This document shows positions 19,615-32,990 of a stretch of 64,000 bases of DNA, one piece after another; position 1 is the first letter of the stretch; each line of letters opens with the position of its first letter. Position numbers and translations under genes: made by a program. This DNA is from Deltaproteobacteria bacterium. Lineage in GTDB: Bacteria; Myxococcota_A; Polyangia; Fen-1088. The DNA lies in contig JANRKS010000034.1 of assembly GCA_033763315.1 (NCBI GenBank), positions 64,001 through 128,000 on the forward strand. Reading direction: 5' to 3'. The notes beneath the pieces are model-generated. The model did no database searches. It was not told the DNA's origin and saw nothing but the letters and a program-made list of their open reading frames with translations.

Positions 19615-19977
19615 ATGAGCGGGGCCACGATACTTGGAGCCGAGGTTGTCATGGCTGTCATAGCTGCTCCCAAAAGAGGTCTAGCAAAACGCTGGCTGGT
19701 GCGTGCAGGCGCCGCCTTGGCGTTGGCGGTCACCTTTGGATATACGCCGTACCACCTTTATACCCGGTCGGGATTTGCTCGGTACCTTGAGCTTCGCGCT
19801 GATCTGGCCGAAATGCGCCGAGGCAACGACAACCTTCAAACCGAGATCGCACGGTTGCAGCGAGAAGCTTGGTCATTGCGCGATGATCCTCGCGCGATCG
19901 AGAGCGTGGCACGTCACGAGCTTGGCTGGGTCAAGCCTGGCGACGTGATATTGGATCTTCGTGAGGCCACCGAGTGA
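19615..19977 (+). CDS. ftsB: Septum formation initiator FtsB/DivIC
   Basis: Single TM, coiled coil, AIESVARHELGWVKPGD. Start uncertain. Confidence 0.88.
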   Translation: MSGATILGAEVVMAVIAAPKRGLAKRWLVRAGAALALAVTFGYTPYHLYTRSGFARYLELRADLAEMRRGNDNLQTEIARLQREAWSLRDDPRAIESVARHELGWVKPGDVILDLREATE

Positions 19978-22175
19978 GGCTTTCACGGGCCAAAGATCGC
20001 GTGGGATTTGCCGTCTCACGCGCGGTGCGCGCCGTGTGGGGCTTTGTCGTGGTTGTTGGCTTCACATTCTTATTGTGGCGCGGCTTTTTCCCCGACTTGT
20101 GGGCCGAGGGTGAAGTGGGCGTGGGCCCGGCGATCGCCGCCGCGGTGCTGGCGGCTGTGTTGGCAGCCAAGCTTGCGGCGCGCTTGCAAACGAACGAACG
20201 CCGTCGCAGCGCTTTGCGCGAAGCTGTGTCTGACGTTGAGCTTGGCCTGTTGCTGCTGACGGCCACGTATGTGTTCTTGTCGATCGTGGGCGGGCCCAAG
20301 GCGGCTGTTCATCCGCTTGTCTATGCGCTCGTCAGCTTCTTGGTGACGTTTCATCGCCTTGAGGTTGGCGTGCCTTTGGCGGTGGCTGCGGTGGGCTTCG
20401 AGGCGTTGCTCGCGTTCTCGGAGCAAGCTCCACTCGATGCGCCGCGGGTTTTCTTTGGCCACGCGGGCTTCATCGTGGTGTTCGCGGGTCTAAACGTGGC
20501 CTTCTTGCATGCGGAGGTGGCGCGGCAGCGGCGCGAGCACCGCAAGCGCCTCGAAGAAGAAGTGGCGTCGATGCGGGAAGAGGCCCGCGACTTCCGTTTG
20601 ATCTCCACAGCGCTTGGCAGCGAAAGCCGTGTGCGCTCACGCGCCGAAGAGGTTGAAAAACTTTCGCAAGGCTCCATCGAGACGATCCACCAACAGCTGT
20701 TCTACACACTGGATCTGTTGCGCAAGGCCCTAGGCCTGCAAACGTGCGCCTTGCTGTGGCTGGATAGCCGTGGGCAAAAGCTAAAATTGAAAGAGCTCTC
20801 AAGCGATTCGCCCCACATCGCCGAGGCGCCAGTGCCTGCGGGTCACGGGGTGTTAGGCGCCATTCTCAAAGATGGCAAACGCCTTACGCTTGAATCACCG
20901 CGCTTGTCGATGTTGCCTTATTACCAAGGCCCGGCGGATGTGGCGGCCTTTGTGGGCGTGCCTGTGTTCGAGGGCCGCGTTGTGCGCGGTGTGCTCGTGG
21001 CCGATCGTGGTGCCGGCGGCCCGTTTGCGCCTGGCGAAGTGGGGTTGGTTGAATCGGCCGCGGCTCAGATCGTGCGCGTGGTCCAGTCTGAACGCGTGTT
21101 TCAGGCCGTTGAGCGCGCCAAAAATGAACACGAAAGCTTTTACCGCGCGTCTGCTGAACTTAACCGCGCTTTAACGCTGGATGAGGTTTACGAAGCCGCG
21201 ATCGCCGGCGCGCGTGGCGTATGTGATTTTGATCTGGCGGTGATAGCCACCTATGACGCGAACCACGGCGCCCACAACATTTGCCGGGTCGAAGGTGAGC
21301 TGTCCGAAGCCCTCAGCGGCAAACAATTCAAGGATCCCACGGCGCTTTTGTCGATGGTGGTCAAGAACAAGATTGCTTTGCCTGCGGGTGGCCAGTGGCG
21401 CGAACGCGAGGATGGTTACGTCTTCGATCCCAACGTGCGCACGCGTGAATTCGAATCCCTCTTGGTGCTGCCTTTGGTCGTCAAAGATGAGGTTACGGGC
21501 ACGTTCACCGTGGCTTCAAAACGGGCGGGCGCCTTCCCGAACGACCGCCGCGAAATGCTGGGCGTCATCGCAAACCAGGTGGCCATTAGCATGCAAAACG
21601 GTCGCATGTACCAAGTGCTGGAAGAGCAGGCGACCACGGACGGCCTCACGGGGCTGGTCAACCACCGCACCTTCCAAGAGCGGTTTGCGGCGATGCTGAC
21701 GCGCGCCGAGCGCCACAGCTTTCCGGTGGCTTTGCTGCTGACCGACATCGATCACTTTAAGAAAATCAACGACAACTACGGCCATCCCACGGGCGACGAA
21801 GTGCTGCGCCGGGTGGCGAAGATCCTCAAGGGCAGCGCGCGCAAGATCGACATCGTGGCGCGCTACGGGGGTGAGGAATTTGCGATTGTGCTGGAAAGTA
21901 CCGATCGCGAGGGCGCCCGCCAATTGGCCGAGCGCATTCGCTCGGAAGTGGCCAAACAAAGCTTTGATTCTTCCAAAGGTCCCTTCAAGGCCACTTTGTC
22001 GCTGGGGGTGGCTCTGTACCCCGAAGACGCGCGCACCAAGACGGAAATCATTGCCCGCGCGGATCAATCGCTTTATGCGGCCAAGCATGGTGGCCGCAAC
22101 CGCACCGTTTGCCACGGCGACGTGGTGACGCCCGTCGCGGCTCCTGAGAAGAAGCCTCTGCGCGCCGCGGGCTAA
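19974..22175 (+). CDS. dmxA: Membrane diguanylate cyclase (TM-GAF-GAF-GGDEF), DmxA-like
   Basis: Multi-TM N-terminus, two GAF-like regions, TDGLTGL, DIDHFK, RxxD I-site (RKID), GGEEF. Architecture and position after ftsB match M. xanthus DmxA as I recall it. Confidence 0.8.
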   Translation: MRLSRAKDRVGFAVSRAVRAVWGFVVVVGFTFLLWRGFFPDLWAEGEVGVGPAIAAAVLAAVLAAKLAARLQTNERRRSALREAVSDVELGLLLLTATYVFLSIVGGPKAAVHPLVYALVSFLVTFHRLEVGVPLAVAAVGFEALLAFSEQAPLDAPRVFFGHAGFIVVFAGLNVAFLHAEVARQRREHRKRLEEEVASMREEARDFRLISTALGSESRVRSRAEEVEKLSQGSIETIHQQLFYTLDLLRKALGLQTCALLWLDSRGQKLKLKELSSDSPHIAEAPVPAGHGVLGAILKDGKRLTLESPRLSMLPYYQGPADVAAFVGVPVFEGRVVRGVLVADRGAGGPFAPGEVGLVESAAAQIVRVVQSERVFQAVERAKNEHESFYRASAELNRALTLDEVYEAAIAGARGVCDFDLAVIATYDANHGAHNICRVEGELSEALSGKQFKDPTALLSMVVKNKIALPAGGQWREREDGYVFDPNVRTREFESLLVLPLVVKDEVTGTFTVASKRAGAFPNDRREMLGVIANQVAISMQNGRMYQVLEEQATTDGLTGLVNHRTFQERFAAMLTRAERHSFPVALLLTDIDHFKKINDNYGHPTGDEVLRRVAKILKGSARKIDIVARYGGEEFAIVLESTDREGARQLAERIRSEVAKQSFDSSKGPFKATLSLGVALYPEDARTKTEIIARADQSLYAAKHGGRNRTVCHGDVVTPVAAPEKKPLRAAG

Positions 22176-22230
22176 CCGTGAGACAAAGCACGCTCTGTCT
22201 TCGCAACGGCCGCGTCAAGCGGTAGTCTCC

Positions 22231-24918
22231 GTGGTGATGATCGCCACGGGTTTCGACGTTGACGAACTGCGGCGCTTCGGCCATGAAGACGGCGTGCGCT
22301 CCTCGTTTTGTCGCCCGGGCCAACTTCAGCAGCTGATGGCCTGCGTGTTCCTGGGTGTGTGTTTGGCGTTCGCGAGTTCTGGGCAGGCCGCGCCAGTGGC
22401 AGCGTCTGCAAAAGCCAGCTTGGTGCTGACGCTGCACAAGGAGTTGCCCGCCACGGCCGTTTTCGCGCCGCTCGAACAAATTTCGGTTGATGTCACGCCG
22501 CCCACCAAAGGCTTGCATCTGGAGGTGAGCGATCCACGAGGCCACGTTTATGTGAGCGTGAATGACTTGCCACCTGGCCAACGCTTCCGCGTGGAAGGGG
22601 CGCTCGGCGTGCACAAACTGCAAGTGAGCCTGCGCGGGAAGGTGATGTTAACGCGTGAACTGCTGGTCGACGCGCACACGGACGTCAGCTGCACGAACGC
22701 GCTCTTCGATGTTGAGCTGCGGCGTTTGGCGGCACAGCTGCGTGCGGCAGGTTCGGTGGCCACGATTGACGGTGCAACCGTGCGCTTGTTGTCGAACGAG
22801 CTACGCGAAAGCCGTTATGTCAACGCAGCGACGCGCTTCTTCGAGACGGATGTGCGTTCCGGCCTCGACCTGTTTCTGAACGCGCAGCGACCCAGTGGCT
22901 TGGTTTATTCGGCGGTTCAACGCGACGATCACTACGATCCTTACACGAACAGTTACCCAGGCGTCAGCATGGCCCGCGACATGTTCGGCGAAGACTTTAC
23001 CGCCCGCTCCCGCGATGGCCGCTGGTTCTTCGAGCGAACGCCTAGCTTCGCCGACGTGGAATCGATGGCGGTCGGCTGGGCCCATGACGTGTGGCAGGCA
23101 ACGGGAGATGATGAATGGCTCGCGGCCGTCATGCCTACGCTTGAGAAAGCGCTGGGATATCTACAAACCGATCCTCTGCGTTGGTCGCCTGAAAAGCAGC
23201 TGGTCAAGCGCGCGTTCACGATCGACGTCTGGGGCGCGCAAGACGCTTTGTCCGGAAAAATCCATCCACGCGGTGGCCTCAACAAAGCAGGCTGGTTCGA
23301 CGGATTGTTCATCGATCGCGATTCCGCCATGGGCATTGCTCACGGTGACAACACTGCGTTTTATGAAGCGGCCACTTTGATGGCGCGCATGAACGCGCAC
23401 CTTGGCAACCCCGAGCGAGCCAGCCAGTGGACGCAGGCCGCAGAGAATCTGCGTGAGAACCTCGATAAGACGGCTTGGAACGGCACGTTTTATCGACATT
23501 TCGTGCGCCTTTTGGATAACCCCCTGTGGCAGCAGCTCGAGGGCAACGAGTCGCGGCAGCTTTCAATGTCGAACCCCTTCGCTATCACACGAGGGGCCGC
23601 CACGCACGCGCAAGCGCTAGCCATCGTGGGCGAATACCAGCGGCGCTATGACAAGTGCAAGGGCCAATGCTTGGGCGAATGGTCTGCCCTGGATCCGCCC
23701 TTCCGCAAGGGGTTCGGCCACTGGGGGCCTTACGAAGGCCCGAACGGCAACCTAACGCCGATCGTTGCCGGTGCGTTGGGGCACGCCGCCTTAGAGCACG
23801 GCGCTGAAGTGTATGGTGCGGACATCTTCCGCAGGCTGCTTGAGTTGCAGCGACGTCACGCCGGCTTGCATGGGTTCTACAATGTCAACGCGCGCCCGAT
23901 AGGCTGGCAACCCGAAGAGTTTCAATCGGTCGATCTGCGAACAATCGCCAACCGCCACCTGCGTGGGGATCAGCCGTCGGGATTCATAGAGCATCCGGAC
24001 AATGACCTGCGCGCCTTTCCCACAGGCCGCAACTTCTTTTTAGGAAAACCTTTCGATGTCATCGATCCCAAGGACAACGGCGGCCGCGCGGCTGTGGTGT
24101 TGTGGGGCGCTGGCAGTCCCGGGCCGCGCGAGACAACTGTGGCCGGCATCGGCAAGAAAGCGCGGAGCATCTATTTTTTGCACTCCGCGGGCAACATCCG
24201 TCGCCAATCCCGCGTGGGTGAGTATGTGGTCAACTATGCCGACGGCAGCAAGGTGCGCATTCCCTTGGTGGTCGGTCGCAACATAGGTGGTTGGTGGGCT
24301 GAAGGCGACGCAGGCGAATGGCGCGTGGCTTGGCGTGGAAAGAATCCACACGTATCCATTGTGGCCATGGGCGTTTGGGGCTGGGAAAACAATCAGCCCA
24401 ACAAAGAGATCGAAAGCATCACCATTCGCGCTTCTGGCCAAGGTCGCATACAGCTGTTGGGCATTTCGTTGTCGTCAGGCCCCGTGCAGTTTGATCGCGG
24501 TGAAGTTGCGTCGGATACCGCCTCAACCTGGGCCGCGGGCGTGGTGTGGAAGGGCGCGATGGAGTCGCTGGCGGGGGTGGTGGATCGCGATCGCTTGATG
24601 GAGCACGTGGCGCTTTCGCCGCGTTGGCTTGCACTCGGTGAAACGCGCGCGGCCGTGACGGTTCGCTATGGGCCCTCACGTGGTTACGTGGCCTACAGGT
24701 GGGAACACAGAAGCGGTGATCGGACACAGTCGCTTGTGTTTTCGGGCAGCGGCAAGCGCTTTGATTTTCGCGTGCTGATGCCTGCCGCGCAAAAGCCGCG
24801 AGACGTTACGTTGAACGGCAAGAAGCTGCGGTTTCGCACCGAAACCGTCGAAAACAGCGTGTATGCAGACTTCTCACTCGAAGGTACATCCGCGGGCGTT
24901 GTTGACGTGACTTACTGA
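22231..24918 (+). CDS. Secreted six-hairpin glycosidase-like protein with an inserted beta-sandwich module
   Basis: Signal-like hydrophobic segment; helical-barrel-type motifs ADVE, WQATGDDEWL, KRAFTIDVW, AWNGTFY; internal DLRTIAN...DNDLRAFPTG...PFDVIDP module. Confidence 0.7.
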   Translation: MVMIATGFDVDELRRFGHEDGVRSSFCRPGQLQQLMACVFLGVCLAFASSGQAAPVAASAKASLVLTLHKELPATAVFAPLEQISVDVTPPTKGLHLEVSDPRGHVYVSVNDLPPGQRFRVEGALGVHKLQVSLRGKVMLTRELLVDAHTDVSCTNALFDVELRRLAAQLRAAGSVATIDGATVRLLSNELRESRYVNAATRFFETDVRSGLDLFLNAQRPSGLVYSAVQRDDHYDPYTNSYPGVSMARDMFGEDFTARSRDGRWFFERTPSFADVESMAVGWAHDVWQATGDDEWLAAVMPTLEKALGYLQTDPLRWSPEKQLVKRAFTIDVWGAQDALSGKIHPRGGLNKAGWFDGLFIDRDSAMGIAHGDNTAFYEAATLMARMNAHLGNPERASQWTQAAENLRENLDKTAWNGTFYRHFVRLLDNPLWQQLEGNESRQLSMSNPFAITRGAATHAQALAIVGEYQRRYDKCKGQCLGEWSALDPPFRKGFGHWGPYEGPNGNLTPIVAGALGHAALEHGAEVYGADIFRRLLELQRRHAGLHGFYNVNARPIGWQPEEFQSVDLRTIANRHLRGDQPSGFIEHPDNDLRAFPTGRNFFLGKPFDVIDPKDNGGRAAVVLWGAGSPGPRETTVAGIGKKARSIYFLHSAGNIRRQSRVGEYVVNYADGSKVRIPLVVGRNIGGWWAEGDAGEWRVAWRGKNPHVSIVAMGVWGWENNQPNKEIESITIRASGQGRIQLLGISLSSGPVQFDRGEVASDTASTWAAGVVWKGAMESLAGVVDRDRLMEHVALSPRWLALGETRAAVTVRYGPSRGYVAYRWEHRSGDRTQSLVFSGSGKRFDFRVLMPAAQKPRDVTLNGKKLRFRTETVENSVYADFSLEGTSAGVVDVTY

Positions 24919-24972
24919 AAACGTTGGTCTTCGCGAAAAAACGTCCGATACTTTGAGCTGCGAGGTGCGTGC

Positions 24973-26526
24973 ATGCGATTTCATCATGTCAACGTTATGC
25001 GTGGCTTGTCGGCACTGGCGGTGATTGTTCTTGTTGCAGCCACAGGGTGCGACGAAAAAGCCAACGGCTTGGGCGATGAGGACAGTGGCATCGCAAACCC
25101 AAACGACGGCGGCGGTAGCGTCACCGATGGCAATGGCAGCGCGGATGCCTTCTCCGTCGCCTTCTCTGACGCATTAACAATGCCGCCCAAGATGGAAGCC
25201 GAATGCGGCCCATCAAAGCTCTGCCCCGCCGGAAAAAAATGTTTGGCGGGCAAGTGCCAAGATGATCAATGCGCGGCCAATCCGAAATTCACCTGCACGG
25301 CCGATAAGGCCTGCCAAGCCACGTGCGTGAAGGTTGAGAACAAATGTGCCGGCGTCACGTGCCCTGCGATGAAGACCTGCGTAGATGGCGCCTGCGTTGC
25401 CGGCTGCTTCAAAGAACCGTGCAACGACGTTCAGTGCAAAGAAGGCGAATTTTGCGATCCAAACAACGGCAAGTGTTCAAAGCTGAATGCCTGTGAGGGC
25501 GTCTGCCCCGCCGGCCAAGCCTGCAACCTCACGTGCATTCCGAAGGTCAACGCCTGTGACAATGTGGCCTGTAAGTCTGATGAGTTCTGCGTTGCCGGCG
25601 CATGCGTGAAGAACCCCTGCGCCACGGTGACTTGCCCGGTGGGCAATGTCTGCGTCAACGGCGCGTGCGTGGATACGTGTGCATGCACGATGTCGTGCAA
25701 CCAACAATCCAAGTGTGTGCAGGGCGTTTGTGAGTGTGCCCCTAAATGCGAGGCTGGAAAGTGTGGCAGCGATGGTTGCGGCGGCACTTGTCCCTGTCCG
25801 GGCGGCACCAAGTGTTATCAAAATTCATGTTGCGTGCCGAACTGCCCCGCCAACGGCAGCAAAGCGTGCATGAGCGATGGTTGTGGCGGAAGTTGCAGTT
25901 GCCCTGCGGGTGGCGGCAGTTGCTATCAAGGCAAGTGTTGTCAGAAGACTTGCCCTGCGGATGGAAGCAAGGCGTGCATGAGCGATGGTTGTGGTGGCAC
26001 GTGTGGATGCCCATCAGGCCAGGGCAGCTGCTATCAAGGCAAGTGTTGCCAGAAGAATTGCCCTGCGGATGGAAGCAAGGCGTGCATGAGCGATGGGTGT
26101 GGAGGCACGTGTGGGTGCCCGTCAGGCGAGGGCAGCTGCTATCAAGGCAAGTGTTGCCAGAAGAATTGCCCTGCGGATGGCAGCAAGGCGTGCATGAGCG
26201 ACGGGTGCGGTGGCACCTGCGCGTGCCCGAGCGGCAAAGGCAGCTGTTACCAAGGCATGTGCTGCGCGCCCGTTTGCCCCGCCGGTACCTGCGGCGGCAA
26301 CGGCTGTGGCGGAACTTGCAAGTGTCCCGCCGGCTCCACCTGCAACAACGGCAAGTGTTCGGCGAAGGCCTGCAGCCCCGCCTGTGGATGTGGCCAGGTT
26401 TGTTATGACGGGCAGTGCATCGCACTGACCTGCGACGCGGACGAGTTCAAGTGCGGCTGCTCGTGCTGCCCGCTTGGCAACAGCTGCATTGCTGGCCAGT
26501 GTTTGCCGCCGGGCGCGGTGCCTTAG
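24973..26526 (+). CDS. Cysteine-rich repeat lipoprotein
   Basis: Lipobox AATGC; the rest is almost entirely EGF-like and DGCGGxC Cys-rich repeats. Confidence 0.88.
   Translation: MRFHHVNVMRGLSALAVIVLVAATGCDEKANGLGDEDSGIANPNDGGGSVTDGNGSADAFSVAFSDALTMPPKMEAECGPSKLCPAGKKCLAGKCQDDQCAANPKFTCTADKACQATCVKVENKCAGVTCPAMKTCVDGACVAGCFKEPCNDVQCKEGEFCDPNNGKCSKLNACEGVCPAGQACNLTCIPKVNACDNVACKSDEFCVAGACVKNPCATVTCPVGNVCVNGACVDTCACTMSCNQQSKCVQGVCECAPKCEAGKCGSDGCGGTCPCPGGTKCYQNSCCVPNCPANGSKACMSDGCGGSCSCPAGGGSCYQGKCCQKTCPADGSKACMSDGCGGTCGCPSGQGSCYQGKCCQKNCPADGSKACMSDGCGGTCGCPSGEGSCYQGKCCQKNCPADGSKACMSDGCGGTCACPSGKGSCYQGMCCAPVCPAGTCGGNGCGGTCKCPAGSTCNNGKCSAKACSPACGCGQVCYDGQCIALTCDADEFKCGCSCCPLGNSCIAGQCLPPGAVP
25843..26274 (+). 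repeat. Four tandem 108-bp (36-aa, 8-Cys) repeats
   Basis: Units start at 25843, 25951, 26059 and 26167; consensus CPADGSKACMSDGCGGTCxCPSGxGSCYQGKCCQKN. Confidence 0.92.
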
Positions 26527-26578
26527 TCCAAGAGGAGCCAAGCGTCGCCACCCGACGCTTGGCAAGGCATTTCGGCGC

Positions 26579-28441
26579 TTAATCCATGCGCCATTGCGGC
26601 GGCAGGCCGTCGAGAACGAACGCGTCGGCGGCCTCGGCGGGAACCGCTTTCGAGAACAAGAAGCCCTGGATCTGGTGGCAACCCAGCGCGTGGATTTGCA
26701 CCAGCTGCGATTGGGTTTCCACGCCCTCGGCTGTGACCGACAACGACAAGTTGTTGGCCAGCGCAATCATCGAGCGCACGATCTCGTTGGCTTTCGGTGA
26801 TTCAGCCATGCGTGCGACGAAGGAACGATCCACCTTCAGACCATCCACCGTGAAGCGTTCCAATTGCCCAAGCGACGAATAGCCCATGCCAAAATCGTCG
26901 ATGCACACACGGATGTCCATGCGGCGCAGCTCATCCAAGATCTCGCCCGCACCCGCCGTGCCTTCCATCAACGCGCTTTCGGTCAGCTCTATCGTCAAGT
27001 CACGTGGATCGACGGAGGTTTCGCTGAGCACACGCTGAATGTCTTTGAGCAAGGTGGGCTGCAGGAACTGTCGCGGCGATAGGTTCACGCTCATCTTTGG
27101 CGCAGGACCTGGGTATTGCGTCTGCCATTTGCGCAGCTGCAAGCACGCTTCTTCGAGGCCCCATAACCCTATGGGACAGATCAGCCCCGTCTCCTCCGCC
27201 AAGGGGATGAATTCATCTGGGCCCACCAAACCTCGCTCGGGGTGCGCCCAGCGCAGCAGGGCCTCAAAGCCCACGAGCCGCCTTGCGGCCGTGTCGATGA
27301 TGGGCTGGTAATGCAGCACAAATTCACGCCGCTCGATGGCTCGACGCAGATCCGTTTCGAGCTGCAGCAGCGAGCGCGCGCGATCGTGCATGCCCGTTAA
27401 GAAACGAACGTGCCGTGCGCGGCCTTGCGCTTTGGCTTGGTACATCGCGATGTCGGCGTCACGCAGCAAATCTTCGGCGCGATCGTATTCGTCACCACCT
27501 AAGGTGATGCCGATGCTCATCGTGCAGTAAACCTCCACGCTCGACACTTGAAACGGCGTGCTCATTGAGCTGTGGATTCGCTCGGCCACCTTCTCAGCGT
27601 CGCCGGCGTCACGCACGCTCTCAAGCAAAATCACGAACTCGTCTCCGCTCAAGCGGGCCACGGTGTCACCGGGGCGCAAGCACGTTTCGATACGCCGGCC
27701 CAAGGCCACAATCAGTTCATCGCCTGTGGCGTGCCCTAGACTGTCGTTGATGCCTTTGAACCGATCAATGTCCAAGAACAACACGGCGTACGGCGAATCC
27801 TTGCGCCGCCGCGCCCGCCGCATCAGCTGCCCGAGGCGATCCAAAAACAACGCTCGGTTGGGCAGATGGGTCAACGGGTCGAAAAAGGCCTGCTCAAACA
27901 GCTGATTTTCGGCCTGCTTGCGCGCGGTGATGTCCCGCGAGATACCGAAGGTTCCCACCACCTTACCCAGGGCATCGCGCAACGGTAGCTTGGTGGTCGA
28001 AACCCATTTCACACCGCCGCCAACGAAATTTTCCTTTTCGTCTTTGCCCACCATCGGGCGGCCGGTGGTCATCACCTCTTGCTCGTCCTGCCGTGCGGCC
28101 TCGGCGTGGCTCTTTCCGAAAAAATCGAGATCGGATTTGCCAACCGCGTCGTCGGGCGATCGCAGGCCCAGATAGCGGCACATGGCGCGGTTGATGCGGA
28201 TGAACCGGCTCTCGGCATCCTTGAAATAGATGTTGTCCGGGAGGTTATCCATCAACGCGGCCAACAGAAACGCATCACCCGCAGACCCCTGGGGGTTCGC
28301 AAGCATTTCGGCCAAGGCCGCTTCCTCACCCCGAACCTCCGTCACTCCCGGCTCCTCCAACCCCTCATCCCCATTCAGGAGGCCCGTGGGCGCTTTTGTT
28401 GTGGCGCTCATGCGGTTCGTGCACAGCTGTTCGCTCTGCAC
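26579..28441 (-). CDS. PAS-GGDEF-EAL c-di-GMP enzyme
   Basis: PAS/PAC (IYFKD...SRDIT), DPLTHLPNR, SGDEF, FEALLRW, DDFGMGYSSL, AEGVET, QGFLFS. Confidence 0.95.
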   Translation of the reverse strand: MQSEQLCTNRMSATTKAPTGLLNGDEGLEEPGVTEVRGEEAALAEMLANPQGSAGDAFLLAALMDNLPDNIYFKDAESRFIRINRAMCRYLGLRSPDDAVGKSDLDFFGKSHAEAARQDEQEVMTTGRPMVGKDEKENFVGGGVKWVSTTKLPLRDALGKVVGTFGISRDITARKQAENQLFEQAFFDPLTHLPNRALFLDRLGQLMRRARRRKDSPYAVLFLDIDRFKGINDSLGHATGDELIVALGRRIETCLRPGDTVARLSGDEFVILLESVRDAGDAEKVAERIHSSMSTPFQVSSVEVYCTMSIGITLGGDEYDRAEDLLRDADIAMYQAKAQGRARHVRFLTGMHDRARSLLQLETDLRRAIERREFVLHYQPIIDTAARRLVGFEALLRWAHPERGLVGPDEFIPLAEETGLICPIGLWGLEEACLQLRKWQTQYPGPAPKMSVNLSPRQFLQPTLLKDIQRVLSETSVDPRDLTIELTESALMEGTAGAGEILDELRRMDIRVCIDDFGMGYSSLGQLERFTVDGLKVDRSFVARMAESPKANEIVRSMIALANNLSLSVTAEGVETQSQLVQIHALGCHQIQGFLFSKAVPAEAADAFVLDGLPPQWRMD

Positions 28442-28531
28442 TTCGATTGTCGCACAGCCACCGTGTGCACCGCAAGGCGCTCCTGAGGTCAGGAATGCTT
28501 TGCGGCGCTTTTGGCGAGCTTTGTCGCAGGG

Positions 28532-31856
<3,325 letters not shown>

Positions 31857-31860
<4 letters not shown>

Positions 31861-32876
31861 TGTGATTGTGCGGTGTTGCGCCTGAACTCAAGTGAACGCA
31901 AGGAGAAGATCAAGGCCTCAACGGCCGTCACGGCATTCACGTTGCCTGCCAAGGCTTCGTCCGCTTCGGCGAGCGCATCGAGCGCCTTGCGAATGCGCGG
32001 CAAAGGCGCGGCGCCGGCGCGATCGATGATGTCGTTGATTTCGGCGCGCTTACTCGAAAGCACAGCCAATTCGGGGGCGCCGCCCGCCGACACAAGCGCG
32101 TCTCGGTAAAGGCGTGCCAGCAAGTCGAGTGTTGCGACCAGAGGCTCGCGTCCTTCCTTGCCCGCAAACATGTTGGCCGTGTCCATGATGTTACCCACAG
32201 TGCGTCCCGCGGCCGCTTGGCGCAAGCGAGTGACGGAGACCCATGTGGCTTCGTCTTCTTCGCCATCGGCCAAAGCCACAGCCCTGCTGAACGACCCATT
32301 GGCCAAGGCCGCCGCCACCGCCGCGCGATCCTCGGGCACGCCGCGCTTTTGCAGTTGCTCTGCCAATAAAGCTGTGGGCAAGGGCGAAAATCGAATGCGT
32401 TGGGTGCGGGACAAGATCGTGTCCAGCAAGCGTGCCCCCGCCGAGCTCACGAGCACCAGATGGCTGCCGGGCGCCGGCTCTTCAAGCGTTTTGAGCAAGC
32501 AATTGGCCGCGTTGGCGTTCAGTTTATCGGCCTCGTCGATGATTAAAAGGCGTGCGGGCGCCTCGTGGGGGCGCTCAGAGGCCAGGGCCACCACTTCGTC
32601 GGCCTCTTCCTTCTTGATGTCGCGCCCCTGGGGGGCGAACACCCGCAGGTCGGGGTGGAGCCCCGCTTCGGCACGCGTGCAGGTCTCGCAGGTGCCACAA
32701 CCAACGCCCGGCATCGTGCGGCACAGCAACGCCAACCCCAAGGCCTTAGCGGCCGTCAGTTTGCCCACGCCATCGGGGCCTTCGAACAGATAGGCGTGCG
32801 GCACCCGCTTTTGCTCCAAGGCGCGACGCAAACGCGACACCGCCGCGTTTTGTCCGAACACTTCTGCCAGCCGCAT
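31857..32876 (-). CDS. holB: DNA polymerase III subunit delta'
   Basis: HAYLFEGPDGVGK, CGTCETC, HPD, AANCLLKTLEEP, TILSR. Confidence 0.95.
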
Positions 32877-32990
32877 GCGGCGGTGACGCTACCAGAAGGA
32901 GCCCGTGAACGTCGAGGGTCAGTCGCGCTGCCCCGTTCGATCCCTGTGATTCGGGGCGCTGGTGCTATTCTGCGCAAGGGAGACTTGCAA

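Noticed and set aside
25843-26274. Regularly spaced DNA repeats as a possible CRISPR array
   Set aside because: Period is 108 bp, in frame within a CDS, with no unique spacers and no cas genes.
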